DNA of 63,235 bases, filler included, from Reticulomyxa filosa (Eukaryota > Protista > Foraminifera), in NCBI GenBank assembly GCA_000512085.1. It is 19 parts of 19 records of this genome, joined end to end, with 100 filler letters (N's around TTAATTAATTAA, not from the genome) between each part and the next. Parts side by side here need not be neighbours in the genome. Positions count along the whole stretch, not along the records: positions 23,841 to 28,237 come from ASPP01012401.1; positions 28,338 to 36,368 come from ASPP01014187.1; positions 36,469 to 37,593 come from ASPP01037370.1; positions 37,694 to 40,996 come from ASPP01003633.1; 15 more parts are not named here. One strand, 5' to 3'. Made by a program: the position numbers and the translations under genes. This document shows, in pieces, positions 26,142-37,712 of the stretch (position 1 is the stretch's first letter; every line of letters starts with the position of its first letter). Under the pieces are notes generated by a model. It saw only the letters and a program-made list of their open reading frames with translations, made no database searches and was not told where the DNA came from.

Positions 26142-26794
26142 TTAAGGGGTAACTTTTTCCACAATGGCATCACCAGTTTCAATGTCAACCCCTTTCAATT
26201 CAACATAATTAACTGTTGGTACACCAACAAAATTTTCTGTTGCATGGACATACATCTCTTTCAAAATACAGTCTTTTTTATTGGCTGTGCCATAACAATG
26301 TGGTAGCCCGTCTTTCCCTATTTTTAATGCCAGTGGCCTACTATTCAAGGCAACAAATACTAAATTAAATTCTCCTGGAGTTTTGCTCGCCTCTACTTTT
26401 ACTCCGTAGGCCATTTGCTTTTCCAAGTAGGTTAGATCAGCTCTGTCATCCTTATGGCCTTGTTTCCGCCGTTTCTTTATATAGGAGGGTTCAATTTTCA
26501 ACCAAAACACTTCCAATGGGTCTGTTTCGTGCAATTGCTTCTTCTCATTGCCCATGCGAGCCTTTGGAAGCAAAAAACATCAATCTTGTTTTCCTTCTCT
26601 TTTTCGAGCATTTTTTTAATCAAAAAACCGAGGCCAATGCTGAAATTTTTTTGGAAAGAAAATGAATAAATCTAAACTTTGTACACGACAACATTTGCGT
26701 TTTTGGATCGTTTGATTACACACACCACATAAGGGTCATTCAGAATTTTTTTGGAATCTTCACACATTTCTTCATCATTGGGCGCTTGGGCCAT
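26142..26794 (-). CDS. DUF4833-family protein, two exons (26794-26678, 26561-26142)
   Basis: The spliced product reads 'VCVIKRSKNANVVVYK|ARMG..DPLEVFWLKIEP..RADLTYLEKQMAYGV..VPTVNYVELKGVDIETGDAIVEKVTP', matching my recollection of the DUF4833 pattern (RSKN.NVVVY, LT..E..LAYG, V.Y.EL.G.D..TG). GT-AG intron at 26677-26562. Confidence 0.75.
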
Positions 26795-27461
26795 CTTCTT
26801 TCCTCCTCTGCTTGTGGGGAAAAGACTCACTTTTTTGAACTGCTTGTATTTAACAAAGGATTTTTTGCTTGGCAGCAGGACGACTTTGTTCTTTATTCCA
26901 TCTGAAAGTTACACTTTACAATTATCTCTATTCATTTTTAATTTTAAAGGTCGTGCAGATTGTTGTTTTAGAAAATATTTTGAATAACCACTTTCTAAAT
27001 TCAAGTTATCCAAGTCAACTTTTAATGATCGTACAAAAAAATGTTGTGCAAATTACTTGTATTTCTCTTTATGTCATATTTTTCATGATAGATATTTGTT
27101 TTAAAAATATACACTGTAAACTTAAATTTAAACATTTTTTAATGTTATTTGCTATCACGAAGATATATTAATTTTCGTATTAAAATTACATAATAAACCT
27201 AGATCACTATCATATGAACGCAATACATCATATATTTTTATTACAACGTGCCATACTATTCTAAAAAATCTATTTGGCCAGTTATATTGTCGTATAACAA
27301 ATTTCAACCTAAAACAAACCTTTGCTTTTGCTGGTCCCCACGGCATATTTTCGTTTCCCTAGTTTTTGAGACAAATTGTTTGAGTTATATATTGTTTAAA
27401 TCAATACTAACCAATCAATTTAAACTTTGATCTTGTAAACATAATAAAAGCGAACACAACG

Positions 27462-27834
27462 ATGTCTCAAGATACAAAAAAAGCAGTAGTCAAAATTGCA
27501 GATATGTCAACTGAAATGCAAGTAGACGCAGTTGCTTTCGCCACAACAGTTAACAGACAACAGCAAAGATGTGTTCTGTGTTGCATTTGGAATTGAGTGC
27601 AGTGAGATGCTTACACGGCAAGAAATTCGGTATTGTAATGAATAGGCGTTGGAAAAGTTAACGGTTGAGAAAGACGTTGCAGCGCACATTAAAAAGGAAT
27701 TTGACAAAAAACATGGCCCAACATGGCATTGTGTTGTGGGAAGAAATTTTGGCAGTTATGTCACTCATGAAACGAAGCATTTCATTTACTTTTACATCGA
27801 CCAAGTCGCCATCTTATTATTTAAGTCCGGCTGA
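27462..27834 (+). CDS. DYNLL1: Dynein light chain LC8, two exons (27462-27548, 27646-27834)
   Basis: '[17 protein letters not shown]..|[55 protein letters not shown]'. Confidence 0.95.
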
Positions 27835-28337
27835 CGGTTTTCTCAAAACAAACCAAACAAAATAAAAAAAACAAAAAGATAAAGAAAAAAAAAAATAAAC
27901 AACTGAAGTCATTTTTTCATTTCAAATTACATTTGTTGTCATGTTCATGTCATTTCTTTGGTGATAAATTTCTTTGGATTAAGAAAAATCAAAACATTTC
28001 CAACACAAAGATTTGTTATGTGTTGGTTGTTTTGTTGTGCGTTTGTATGATATGAAACTCCCAAATTTTTGTTGGTGTCTTTTCATTCAATTTGTTTTTG
28101 TGTATGTGCCTCTCAAAACGTATTCTTTTTAAAATGAGAGTGTTTTTTTTTCTTTGGGGGACCAAAAACCATTCAAAAAAAAGGGGGTCAAAATTGACAT
28201 TTTAAAGGTGACTTTTTCTTAGCTTTGCTTTTTTTTTNNNNNNNNNNNNNNNNNNNNNNNNNNNNNNNNNNNNNNNNNNNNTTAATTAATTAANNNNNNN
28301 NNNNNNNNNNNNNNNNNNNNNNNNNNNNNNNNNNNNN

Positions 28338-29575
28338 AAAAAAATTAAGTTTTTTTTTTTTTTTTTACGTAAACAGTTGGTAGCAGTGCTGATACACTCA
28401 TATAACAAACTCTTAGCAGGGGTGCTGCTAATGATTTGTGTCAAAGGCTCTTGAAGCTTTTTTGCGAGACGAGGCTCGGCGGGAATTAAGGACCCCAACA
28501 GTTTGACCAGTTTGATCAACATCCAGTTGTTGTTGCTATGATTAAGCAACTCAAACAATTGTGGCAGCAATGCCAAATAGTTGGAGGGTTTTTGCGCGCT
28601 AATTCACAGATGACGTTGACGGCCGCATTTTGGACTCCGGGGTCCTCGTCCTTCAATTTGTCCTTCAAACGGTCAAACGACAATCGCAATGCCCGAGGAA
28701 ATCTCTTAAATATTGGGTACAATACCAACACTGCTTTTTTGCGAATGTAAGGTTTTGAGCTATTCATCATCCCGTACACGTCTTCCAACAATGTCTCTGC
28801 CAAATAAGGAGTACATATATTTGACAAACAATTTAATGCACAGCCAGCTTCGTAAGGTAATCCCTCCAATAATCGCAAGTCATTGCCTGCTGTCGATTGT
28901 CCAAATGCCTTTTTTTTTTTATTACAAAAAAAAAAAAAAAAAAACCGTAATAACTTCAACCTCCCCCCCCCTTTTTTTTTAAAAAAAAAATTCATTCGCT
29001 AAAAATTTAAAAAAATCGAAACTTTTTTGAACTGATGCGTAGTCAACAGCACAACATCAGTTTGCTCTGTGAATGAAAGAGATGCTGCCAAATACCCCTG
29101 TTTTTATGTCAAAAAAAAAAATCAATAGTTTGAATTTTTCTTTTCTTTTTTTTTTTGGTTTGTTCATTTTTTTGCTTATTTGTGCTTTTTTTCGATTCAA
29201 AAAAAAACCTAACTATGCGCTTATGTGTAAAAGACGGCTGACTCATTACTTCAATTATGTTGAAATGAGCAAATGATATGTCGTATCCAATCATATAAAG
29301 CTGGTCATTTTTTTTATTGTTGTTATTGTTATTTTTTTTATTATTTTTTTTATTTTGTTTGAAGGAGAGATAGGGGAAAAAAAGTGATCAATGCTCGATA
29401 ACATAACGTAGCACAATTTTTGAATTGCATTTGCTTTAATATCATGGTCTTTGTCTTTCACCTCTTCTTTAATCTCAGTCAAACATTGATTGATAAAGGT
29501 TGATTCATCCTCTTTGTTGGATCTTAGGCCTTTCACCAGGTCCAACAAAGTTTTCCGAAACATTGCTGTCATCAT
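28338..29575 (-). CDS. AP3D1: AP-3 complex subunit delta, N-terminal part (multi-exon, 3' partial, one apparent 1-nt frameshift near 28585)
   Basis: 'MFRKTLLDLVKGLRSNKEDE', 'MIGYDISFAHFNIIEVMS', 'SSKPYIRKKAVL', 'EDPGVQNAAVNVICELARKNP' and 'NNWMLIKLVKLLGSLIPAEPRLAKKL'. Confidence 0.93.
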
Positions 29576-30251
29576 TCTTGCTGGTGTTTGTTGGTATTGA
29601 AACTTTCAAGCAAAGGAGCAAATAAATACTATAAGATACTCAAAACGGGAAAACGAGTACAAGATTCGCACACATTAAACCCCCAAATTTAAACTGATTA
29701 TTAAAAAAAACTCTTTACTGAAAGCGGTCAAAGCAAACACAAACATTAAAAAGCGCTTCACATTTTCCAATAAAATTGAAATCCAGACAAAAGAACCCAT
29801 TGATGTCTTTTAATGAAACAGCTATTTTAATCTGCTCTTATTACTTATTAGACTACTCTTATTTCGTGTTTACATAGCAAGATGAGGCAACACCAAGTAG
29901 GGCCAATTAGAGCAGTAGCAAATAGTTACTTGAATCGAACAAATCAAAAATTGTGTTTGCATTTGGATCGAATAGTTTAACAGTGTAAAGGTAAACTTCG
30001 TGAACGTTTTATTGTGTTTTTTTTTAGCAATTCTGGACTTATAAGGGACAGATCCATGAAAATCAGTCAATAAGGATTTTTGCATTCTATTGCAACAACA
30101 AGATAAATGGAACGATTGAACCATACATGCAAATAACCAACGAAACACCTTACAACTGACAAGTAGGCTGTTTTTTTTTGTGTTTGTCAGTATTATTATC
30201 CTCCCCACTTGACGACGCTGACGAACCAATATCATCATCTGGGCACTGTTA

Positions 30252-33200
30252 TTATGTTGTATTTTGCCAACAGTGGAAAAAAAAAGCAATATTTTTGTGT
30301 TTTGTTGTTATCGAAGTCAAGTTAACAGTCTGTGGAACAATTTCGCAAGTGCTTAAATCATAAAAATATCTCGTGAAATAAATCGGCTTTTTTTCCTTGG
30401 CTAAAGTATTTGTCGACATCTGAGACTCATGCAAAATTGTGACCTTGTGACAAACCAGATTTAAGGGATTGACATCAGCAGTAGGTTGGATACACTCGAA
30501 TCTTTCATTTGGCGAAAAATCTTTTGGTAGCTGATCTTCATCCAATCCATTCCTTATCAAATCGTTTCGATCCCAATACCACAGATTTCTCATAAACTTT
30601 TTTCCAGTTTTTTTATCTTCATACATTCCCACGATCTTGGCCAACTGAAAAAGATGTTGAATATGCAGGCAAACACGAAAAATATTAACACTGTAGCAGT
30701 AATGTATACATTAAAAAAATAAAAAACGAATAGAGCAATTGCATAACCCAGAGTTTGTTATCTAAGCCTTTAATTTGACACTTGTCGTACTGTCGATATT
30801 TGACTCCATTGATGAGAACTTTTTTATAATAAATTTTGCCTTTGCTCTCTCTTGTGGGCTTTCCACGCCAATAAATCGTATCTTCTTTGTTTGCATTGTT
30901 ATTTTTTGTGCTTTTTTTGAGTTCTTGGTTGTTTGTAGCTTGGGCAACGTTTTCTTTCTTTTTGACTGGGCCATTTTCATATTTGTTGATGTGATCGAAC
31001 AATCGATTGACCAACACTTCTTTAATTCCTGTTGTAGTAAGACCTCTTTTTTTCAATTTGGGTTTCAAATCCGCTACTCGTAATTTTTTTAAGCCGCTTT
31101 GGGTGTGTGGGGTTTCGGGGACTACATTTTGATTTTTTGCTTTGTTTTTAGAGATGGAGGATCCAGCATTAGTCTTCTGATCCTCTTCATCTGTCATTTT
31201 TTCCCCCCCCCCCAATTCATTTTCTGACAAAAATTAATGTTTCTTGGTTTGTTGCAATGTAACAACAAATAAACAGAAAGTATAGAGCATTATTCATCCC
31301 CATTTGTTCCTTGCACGCACATACACACACCTGCAGCATCCATCTCTGCAATTTTAGAAGAGAACTTTTTTTTGTTGTTTGGAGCAAAGCAAACCGACTT
31401 TGTTACTTTCACGCTATTGATACTTGGTTTCGAATTTTGTTTATGAATTGGTTGTAAAGGGCTGCTTGATTGCTGAGTGGCATTGTCATCGGAAGATTGC
31501 TCTGTTTCCATGTCGTTGCATCCTTCGAATAGAAAAGAAAATGTGTTGTGATCTATCATTCGTTTCTTTGAGGTTGGGGGTAGCCCTTCATTTGTTTCGC
31601 GTTTGCGCTTTTTTTTGTTATATTTTTGTCAACAAAAGAAAAGCAACGATTTTTTTTATTTTTTTTTTGCAAATACCAACACAAAATAAAACCTTGCGAG
31701 TTGAATGGTTTGATGATCCGTTGTTGGTAAAGATTTGTTCTCGGTTAGTACTCTGCGATTGATCATTCGAGTTCTTCGTATCAGGACTTTCTTCATCCAA
31801 TTTCTCTTCTTTTATTCGGATCTGCTGTTCACTTTTTTTAGCGATCTGTATTTCACGCCGTTTTCTCTTTCTAAAAATTTTCAAATCAAATGACGAGAAC
31901 GCACAAAACTAACTTGTGATGCTTTCGTGATCATTTCCTGGACATTTGCTAATTGCCTAGCTTCTTCACTTTTCAATTCGCCTTTGATCTGAGAAATGTC
32001 TGTTTGAATTGCGATCACCTCGTTGTATAACGTCTGCAGCTGATTGGACTCAATCATTTGTGCTTTTTTTTTGTGCTGTGCATTTTTTTTTCAAAGTACC
32101 TTTTCAATGTATTTGATCTCAAACATTTTAAAAAATACATTTGTCAAAATACCACCAATTGTGTCCTAAGCTGGTCAATCAACGAATTTTTAAGATCCAT
32201 TTCTTCGCGCAAGTCTGTTAATGTTTGCTCTAGAGATTGTTTCTCATTACGCTATACATAAAAAAAAAGATTGTGAACGTTACGACAATATTGCCAAAAA
32301 AAACAAAAAAAAGCGCACCCAAGTATCTGCGTCTTGTTGTGAGGCGTGTGTTTGGGCAGTCAAATTTTGACAAATTTTCTTTAGACTGTCATATTTTTGT
32401 CTAAATGTGTCGAGCTTCGACTGCAAGTCATCCCGTTGAGCAGTGAACTCATCAATGGATTGACGAAGGCCAGTCTTTTCTTCGGTCGCAGCTTTCAGCT
32501 TTTTTTCCAATGTGTCCACTTGTTTCTTTTTTTGTGTTTCTGTTCCATGTCATTTATGTAATTGTGTGCATTACAAAAAAAAAAATAAAGAGGCGAGATA
32601 AGAATACAAACAAACCCAAGTCAGAGACGCGCTGTTGTAACAAATCACATTTCTTTTGCAGCTTTTCTGTGTCGTCAAATTTTTCAGTTTTGGCTTGCAA
32701 GATTTGTTCATACAGCCGCTTTTCATTTGTTTCTTGTTGGTATTGAAGCTTTTGAACATTGAGTTGGTATTCCTTTTGCATGTCCATTTGGCCTGTTTTC
32801 AACCGTCTTACATCTTCTGACAACCGTCCATTTTCGTCCATGAGTTTTTCAATGTGTTGGTTACTCTTTTCAATTTCCACAGTCTTTTCACGCAATTTTC
32901 TGTGTATTTGCTGTGTCTCGCTCTCCATCTTTTTCACTTGGCTTTCCAACTGTCGCATCTGTTCGTACGTGGACAAGTCATTTCATCAAATATACTCCAA
33001 ACAACAAAAAGCCATTCAACTTGATCCGCTTTCAATTCGAGCAACTGTGTCCATTCCAATTGCAAGCCGACCATTTCCCCGAAATGGTCCATTATCAGTT
33101 TATTTCTTTCGCTCTATTTTCAATGGCAAGCTACCACAACATTAAAAAAAAAAAGGACAACACTACCACTAACAAAAACAACATTTTGCAAACTGTCAAT

Positions 33201-35271
33201 TCTTGGCGCAACTTGGACATATTCTCATGGTTTGACAATATCAATTTACGAATTGCAGCGGCATGTTTCTTTTTTTTTTGATCAAAAAAAAAAAAAAATC
33301 AAAACAAAGTAACAAAAAGACTAGTTAAAAAATTGGTAAATACTTTGGAGTTGCTAAACTTGGACATTCGATTCATTTTCGAGTTCCAAGTTTCTACAGT
33401 ACTTCCAAGTGTCGACAGCAATTGTGTACAGCCCACGTTTGTCGAAAAGCTGCCAGTCGATGTCTGTGTCCGGCATACATTGCACCTTTTCGTTACATCG
33501 TGTCAGAACGTCGCATTGTCCTGCGGAAGACATCAAGTTCAGTGTCTTCAACGTCGAAATCGCGTCTTTTCTATTCAAACCATAGAAACAGCAGCTGTCA
33601 CCACGAGACTTATGACACACGCAAAATCTCAAAGACTTATCAACTGAATGAAATTCGTGGTAGCAAGGATGGAAACAAAGCTGCGTCCAATTAAACAATC
33701 AGTTAGGACATTTGCTAGCACGCAACTATTAACGCTGGCTGTCGTGGTGGCCCTCATTTTGAGCAGACATTGGTTCAAACACGTCTGTGTCAAATCTGTA
33801 CAGCAATTGGCTACGCCCATTCCATCCCATTGCTTCTTCGCGCCGTCGCAGCTGCCATCCGCCAAGTCACAGAAACACACCTTCGCAAGCGTCGTCAACT
33901 CCTCGCTGTTCACTAATTCTATGATACACAAGTTGTGGCTGTCATTGCAACTCTGGTATTGTTTCGGTTTATTTGTGTCATCCAAGTGTTGGACCGACAA
34001 AAAACATCAATCATCAATTATTTATGTGTAATATGTAATTCTTTTTTTTTTTTTTTTTTTTTTTTTGATGACGTGTCATTTTATATATGTGTTTCTTCTT
34101 TTTTTAAAAAAATAAAAATAAAAACAATCTTAACAAAGTTGAGCAGCATTTGTCGTTTCTTTCTCTCAACAATAGCGTGAGACATCACATTTTCAAGCTC
34201 ATGGACATTGCTTACTCTCACTTTTGTCAACATCGTTGTGGTTCTGTGTCTTGCATGTGGTTTCAACTCCTTTTTTTTTCAAACCAATCAAAAAAAGAAA
34301 GAACACATATCACACATACACAACTTAGAGAAGTTGAAACCAATCAAAAAAAAAAAAAAAAAAAGAGATAATGTTTCTATATTGCATTTGAGGGGGAAAA
34401 AGAACATAACATGATTGCCAGTGGCCAACAGGTCACTCAAGTTTTCACAATAAATTTCAGCGCATGACATTTGGACGAAAAAGGACTCATTTTGTACATA
34501 GTCCATATCAAACAGCTGTTCCATTAATCTTTGAATCAAACCAAAGTCCCCTTTTTCTGTAATCACAGTATGCGTTTTGCAACTCCCTGAGACACCGTAT
34601 GCAAACACCACGCCGTTGTAACCTCGTCTCATTTGCTCGACTGTTGTCGACACAATGCACTCAAAGACCTTTTGCCATCAAACATCATTTTTTTTTTTTT
34701 GAAATATGTGCTTTCACTTTTGCAAACAAATGAAAGTGTAAAAAGAAAAAAAGGAAAAAAAAAAAAAAGAATAAAGGAGACCTCTGCGTTTGTGATATTC
34801 TTGTCAAATACTTTGGTGAATTGCAATTTTGTGGATTTTATCTTTTTTTTTTTTTTTTTTTTTTTGAGAGTGATGTCTGTTTGCGTTGAGGAAAAAAGTT
34901 ATCGTGGCTGTCATTTGATAAAAATAAAATAAATTAAAAAAACACGGCACTCCAGCGCAGTTATCGATTTCAACAGAGCGTTGATCGTCAGAAATCATGC
35001 AGTCAGCTGCTTGTTCTGTGCCATCAGCACGTCCGATGCGCAAGTAAATTTCTACATTTCTCTGTGGTGGCGTTTGGGTATTTGGTAAAGGTGCTGTACT
35101 AGCATTATCTGAGGAAGGAGAAAGACATGGCGAAAATGGAGGCCGCAATGAAGTAGAGGGTGACACGGCAACAGTGGGCTCCATCGATTCTTTGCCACGT
35201 GATCCAACTTTTTCACAAATACCCCTTGGAATGTCGGTCGCATTATTACTTCTGTGTTCAAAAGGATACAT
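30252..35271 (-). CDS. Degenerate kinesin motor + coiled coil + SAP + BAH domain protein (about 14 exons)
   Basis: Kinesin motifs 'NVEIYLRI', 'FTKVFD', 'GYNGVVFAYGVSGSCKTHT', 'EIYCENLSDLL', 'NF|SCNDSH', 'VCFCDLADGS' and 'STLKTLNL'. Coiled-coil exons at about 33270-31910. SAP 'LKKLRVADLKPKLKKRGLTTTGIKEVLVNRL'. BAH 'YYKKVLINGVKY..LAKIVGMYED..LWYW..NERF..DVNPLNLVCHKVTIL..YFTRYFYD'. The exons join in frame through GT-AG sites by manual splicing. Confidence 0.75.
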
Positions 35272-35530
35272 AAATTGTCAAAGAGTGTTTGTAATTATCG
35301 TGGAAAATAGCTTGCGTTATATTTTGAGAAAACTGAGACTACAAAGTAAATCTTGATTAAATATGAAAAGTTAATATTTACTTAGACAGACTTATCTTCT
35401 CAGAAGTGTGCAAAAAAAATACTAATTAGGAGAACTGAAGAGAGGAAACAATTCGTTAAAAGTTATTTGTAAATTTTTTCTGTGTAAAAACCTCCCTTCT
35501 TAAAAAAAAAACTAAAATAAAAAAAATATA

Positions 35531-35981
35531 ATGTCGTTCCAAAAAGCTTTAGAAGAAGTAAAGCAAGGCCGTTTTATGGAGCCCTTATTATGTCTGGATC
35601 TGTGTCGACAAATCCGGAAGCAATATTTTTTCCAGGACTCAAACATATTGACATTGAAAACGCCAATAACATTGGTAGGGGACATTCATGGCCAATTGAA
35701 TGATTTATTGGAATTATTTGAAATTGGCGGTTATCCGCCACAGACGAATTATCTATTTTTAGGTGATTACGTGGACCGCGGTAAATTTAGCGTTGAGACA
35801 ATTCAATTGATTTTGTTACTAAAAATATTGTACCCAAAATCAGTTCAAATGATTCGAGGTAATCACGAGTCCGAAACAGTGAATCGAGTGTATGGTTTTT
35901 ACGACGAGATCAAAGTCAAATATGCACCCGCTTTCAGTACACAAATATTTAAAGGTTTGTTTTTATTTTTTATTTCAACAA

Positions 35982-36035
<54 letters not shown>

Positions 36036-36368
36036 TGTTCCTCTCCTACAGCCTTCAATGAATTGTTTGACTGCATGCCATTGGTGCATGTATTGACACG
36101 AACATATTTTGTATCCACGGTGGATTGTCTCCATTGTTGATGAGTTTGGAGCAATTTCAAACCATCAATCGCTTTCAAGAAATTAGCTTGAGCGGAGCTT
36201 TATCGGTTAATTTTTTTTTTTTTTTTTTTTTAATGTTCCCCCTTTTTTTCTTTTTTATTATTAAAAAAAAAAAAAAAAAAAGGATCTCATGTGGAGTGAT
36301 CCAGATGAAAAATGCAAAGGATTCATGATTTCACCTCGAGGATGTGGACATCTATTTGGTGAAGATGT
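35531..36368 (+). CDS. PPP-family Ser/Thr phosphatase catalytic subunit, PP2A/PP4/PP6-like (3' partial)
   Basis: GDIHGQ, GDYVDRG, RGNHE, 'CIHGGLSP', 'DLMWSDP' and '[10 protein letters not shown]' motifs. Introns present. One apparent 1-nt frameshift near 36083. Confidence 0.92.
35984..36033. repeat. (TTA)n microsatellite within an intron
   Basis: Pure trinucleotide run inside the first phosphatase intron. Confidence 0.9.
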
Positions 36369-36468
36369 NNNNNNNNNNNNNNNNNNNNNNNNNNNNNNNN
36401 NNNNNNNNNNNNTTAATTAATTAANNNNNNNNNNNNNNNNNNNNNNNNNNNNNNNNNNNNNNNNNNNN

Positions 36469-36638
36469 GATCAAATAAGAATGAATTGTTTATGATCAAA
36501 GGAGATGAAAAAAGAGTTGATGGAGTAATTTGTCTTAAATTTATTGTATTGAAAAAGAAAAAGGAGACAAAAAATGTTACATATGATTTGAATTTGTGTT
36601 ATGGTTCATGGAGAGGTCTCATTCGTATTCGGGGATAA
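36469..36638 (+). CDS. C-terminal end of a WD40-repeat protein of the expanded Reticulomyxa-type family
   Basis: Translates as 'SNKNELFMIKGDEKRVDGVICLKFIVLKKKKETKNVTYDLNLCYGSWRGLIRIRG*', the terminal repeat I recall from R. filosa WD40 proteins. Confidence 0.75.
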
Positions 36639-37712
36639 TTTCCTTTTTTTGTGAACAAGAAATGAACGTGTTTTTGTTTGAAAAGTTTGATTGAAAGAAA
36701 AGTGAGTTAATATTAAACTTGTTTGATTTGATTGAAACGCAACCATTAAATGATATGTTTTATCCTACTTTGTTATTTAAGGTTGCGTTCAATATTTTTT
36801 TGAAGAGTTGAGCATAATAAGTGAAAATTATATTCAAATATTAAATAAATTTTAAGATATTTCAAGTATTGTGTTTTTGTATAGAATCGAACAATGTTGT
36901 CTTTGTAGTAATTTATGAAATATCGAATATTTTAAAAGGGTATAATGATAGATAATAAAGTAAGGACAGTTCTTTTGATCAATAAATGTACTTGAAATGA
37001 GTTACATTGATCAAGTATATTGAAATACATCACGATGACAAAACAAAACATTTTTTCTTTGATTTCACAAAACATCAAAAATCTTGTGTCGAGGGTAATT
37101 TTAATCAATTTTTATATTATGTTTTTGCGCAAAGACATTGACTGTTTAGAATAATTCCGGTTAGGAAGCATTGAACAAAAAACCAGTTTGGGAACTGTCC
37201 TTATGTTCTCATTAGACAATTTTATCAACACAAGACATATCAAGCATTGGATAAATAGCATCAAAATACTCAAAACAGGAAAATGTTAAAATGATAAAAA
37301 GAGAATATTTCAGATAGACATTACATTATCTTCATTTAATGATTAATTTCTTTTTTCAGTGAGTTGATTGTCCTGATTGATGTAATTTATTATTTGTTTG
37401 TGTTCTAATGATTCATTTTTGAAATTTTTTCAATTTCAAACGTTTAATATCATCCTATTTATAATTGTGATAAAACACAGACTTGTTGTTGTTAAATGAT
37501 CGACTCAACTTCCCCAATTGAAAATCAAAATGTTGTAAGACAAAGAAATAGTGCATATCACATAATCTAAAAACAGGAATTCTGAAAAAGAAGNNNNNNN
37601 NNNNNNNNNNNNNNNNNNNNNNNNNNNNNNNNNNNNNTTAATTAATTAANNNNNNNNNNNNNNNNNNNNNNNNNNNNNNNNNNNNNNNNNNNNAAAAAAA
37701 AAAAAAAAAAAC

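Noticed and set aside
26560-26680. Apparent frameshift upstream of the DUF4833 ORF
   Set aside because: Resolved by a GT-AG intron (26677-26562) that joins YK to ARMG in frame.
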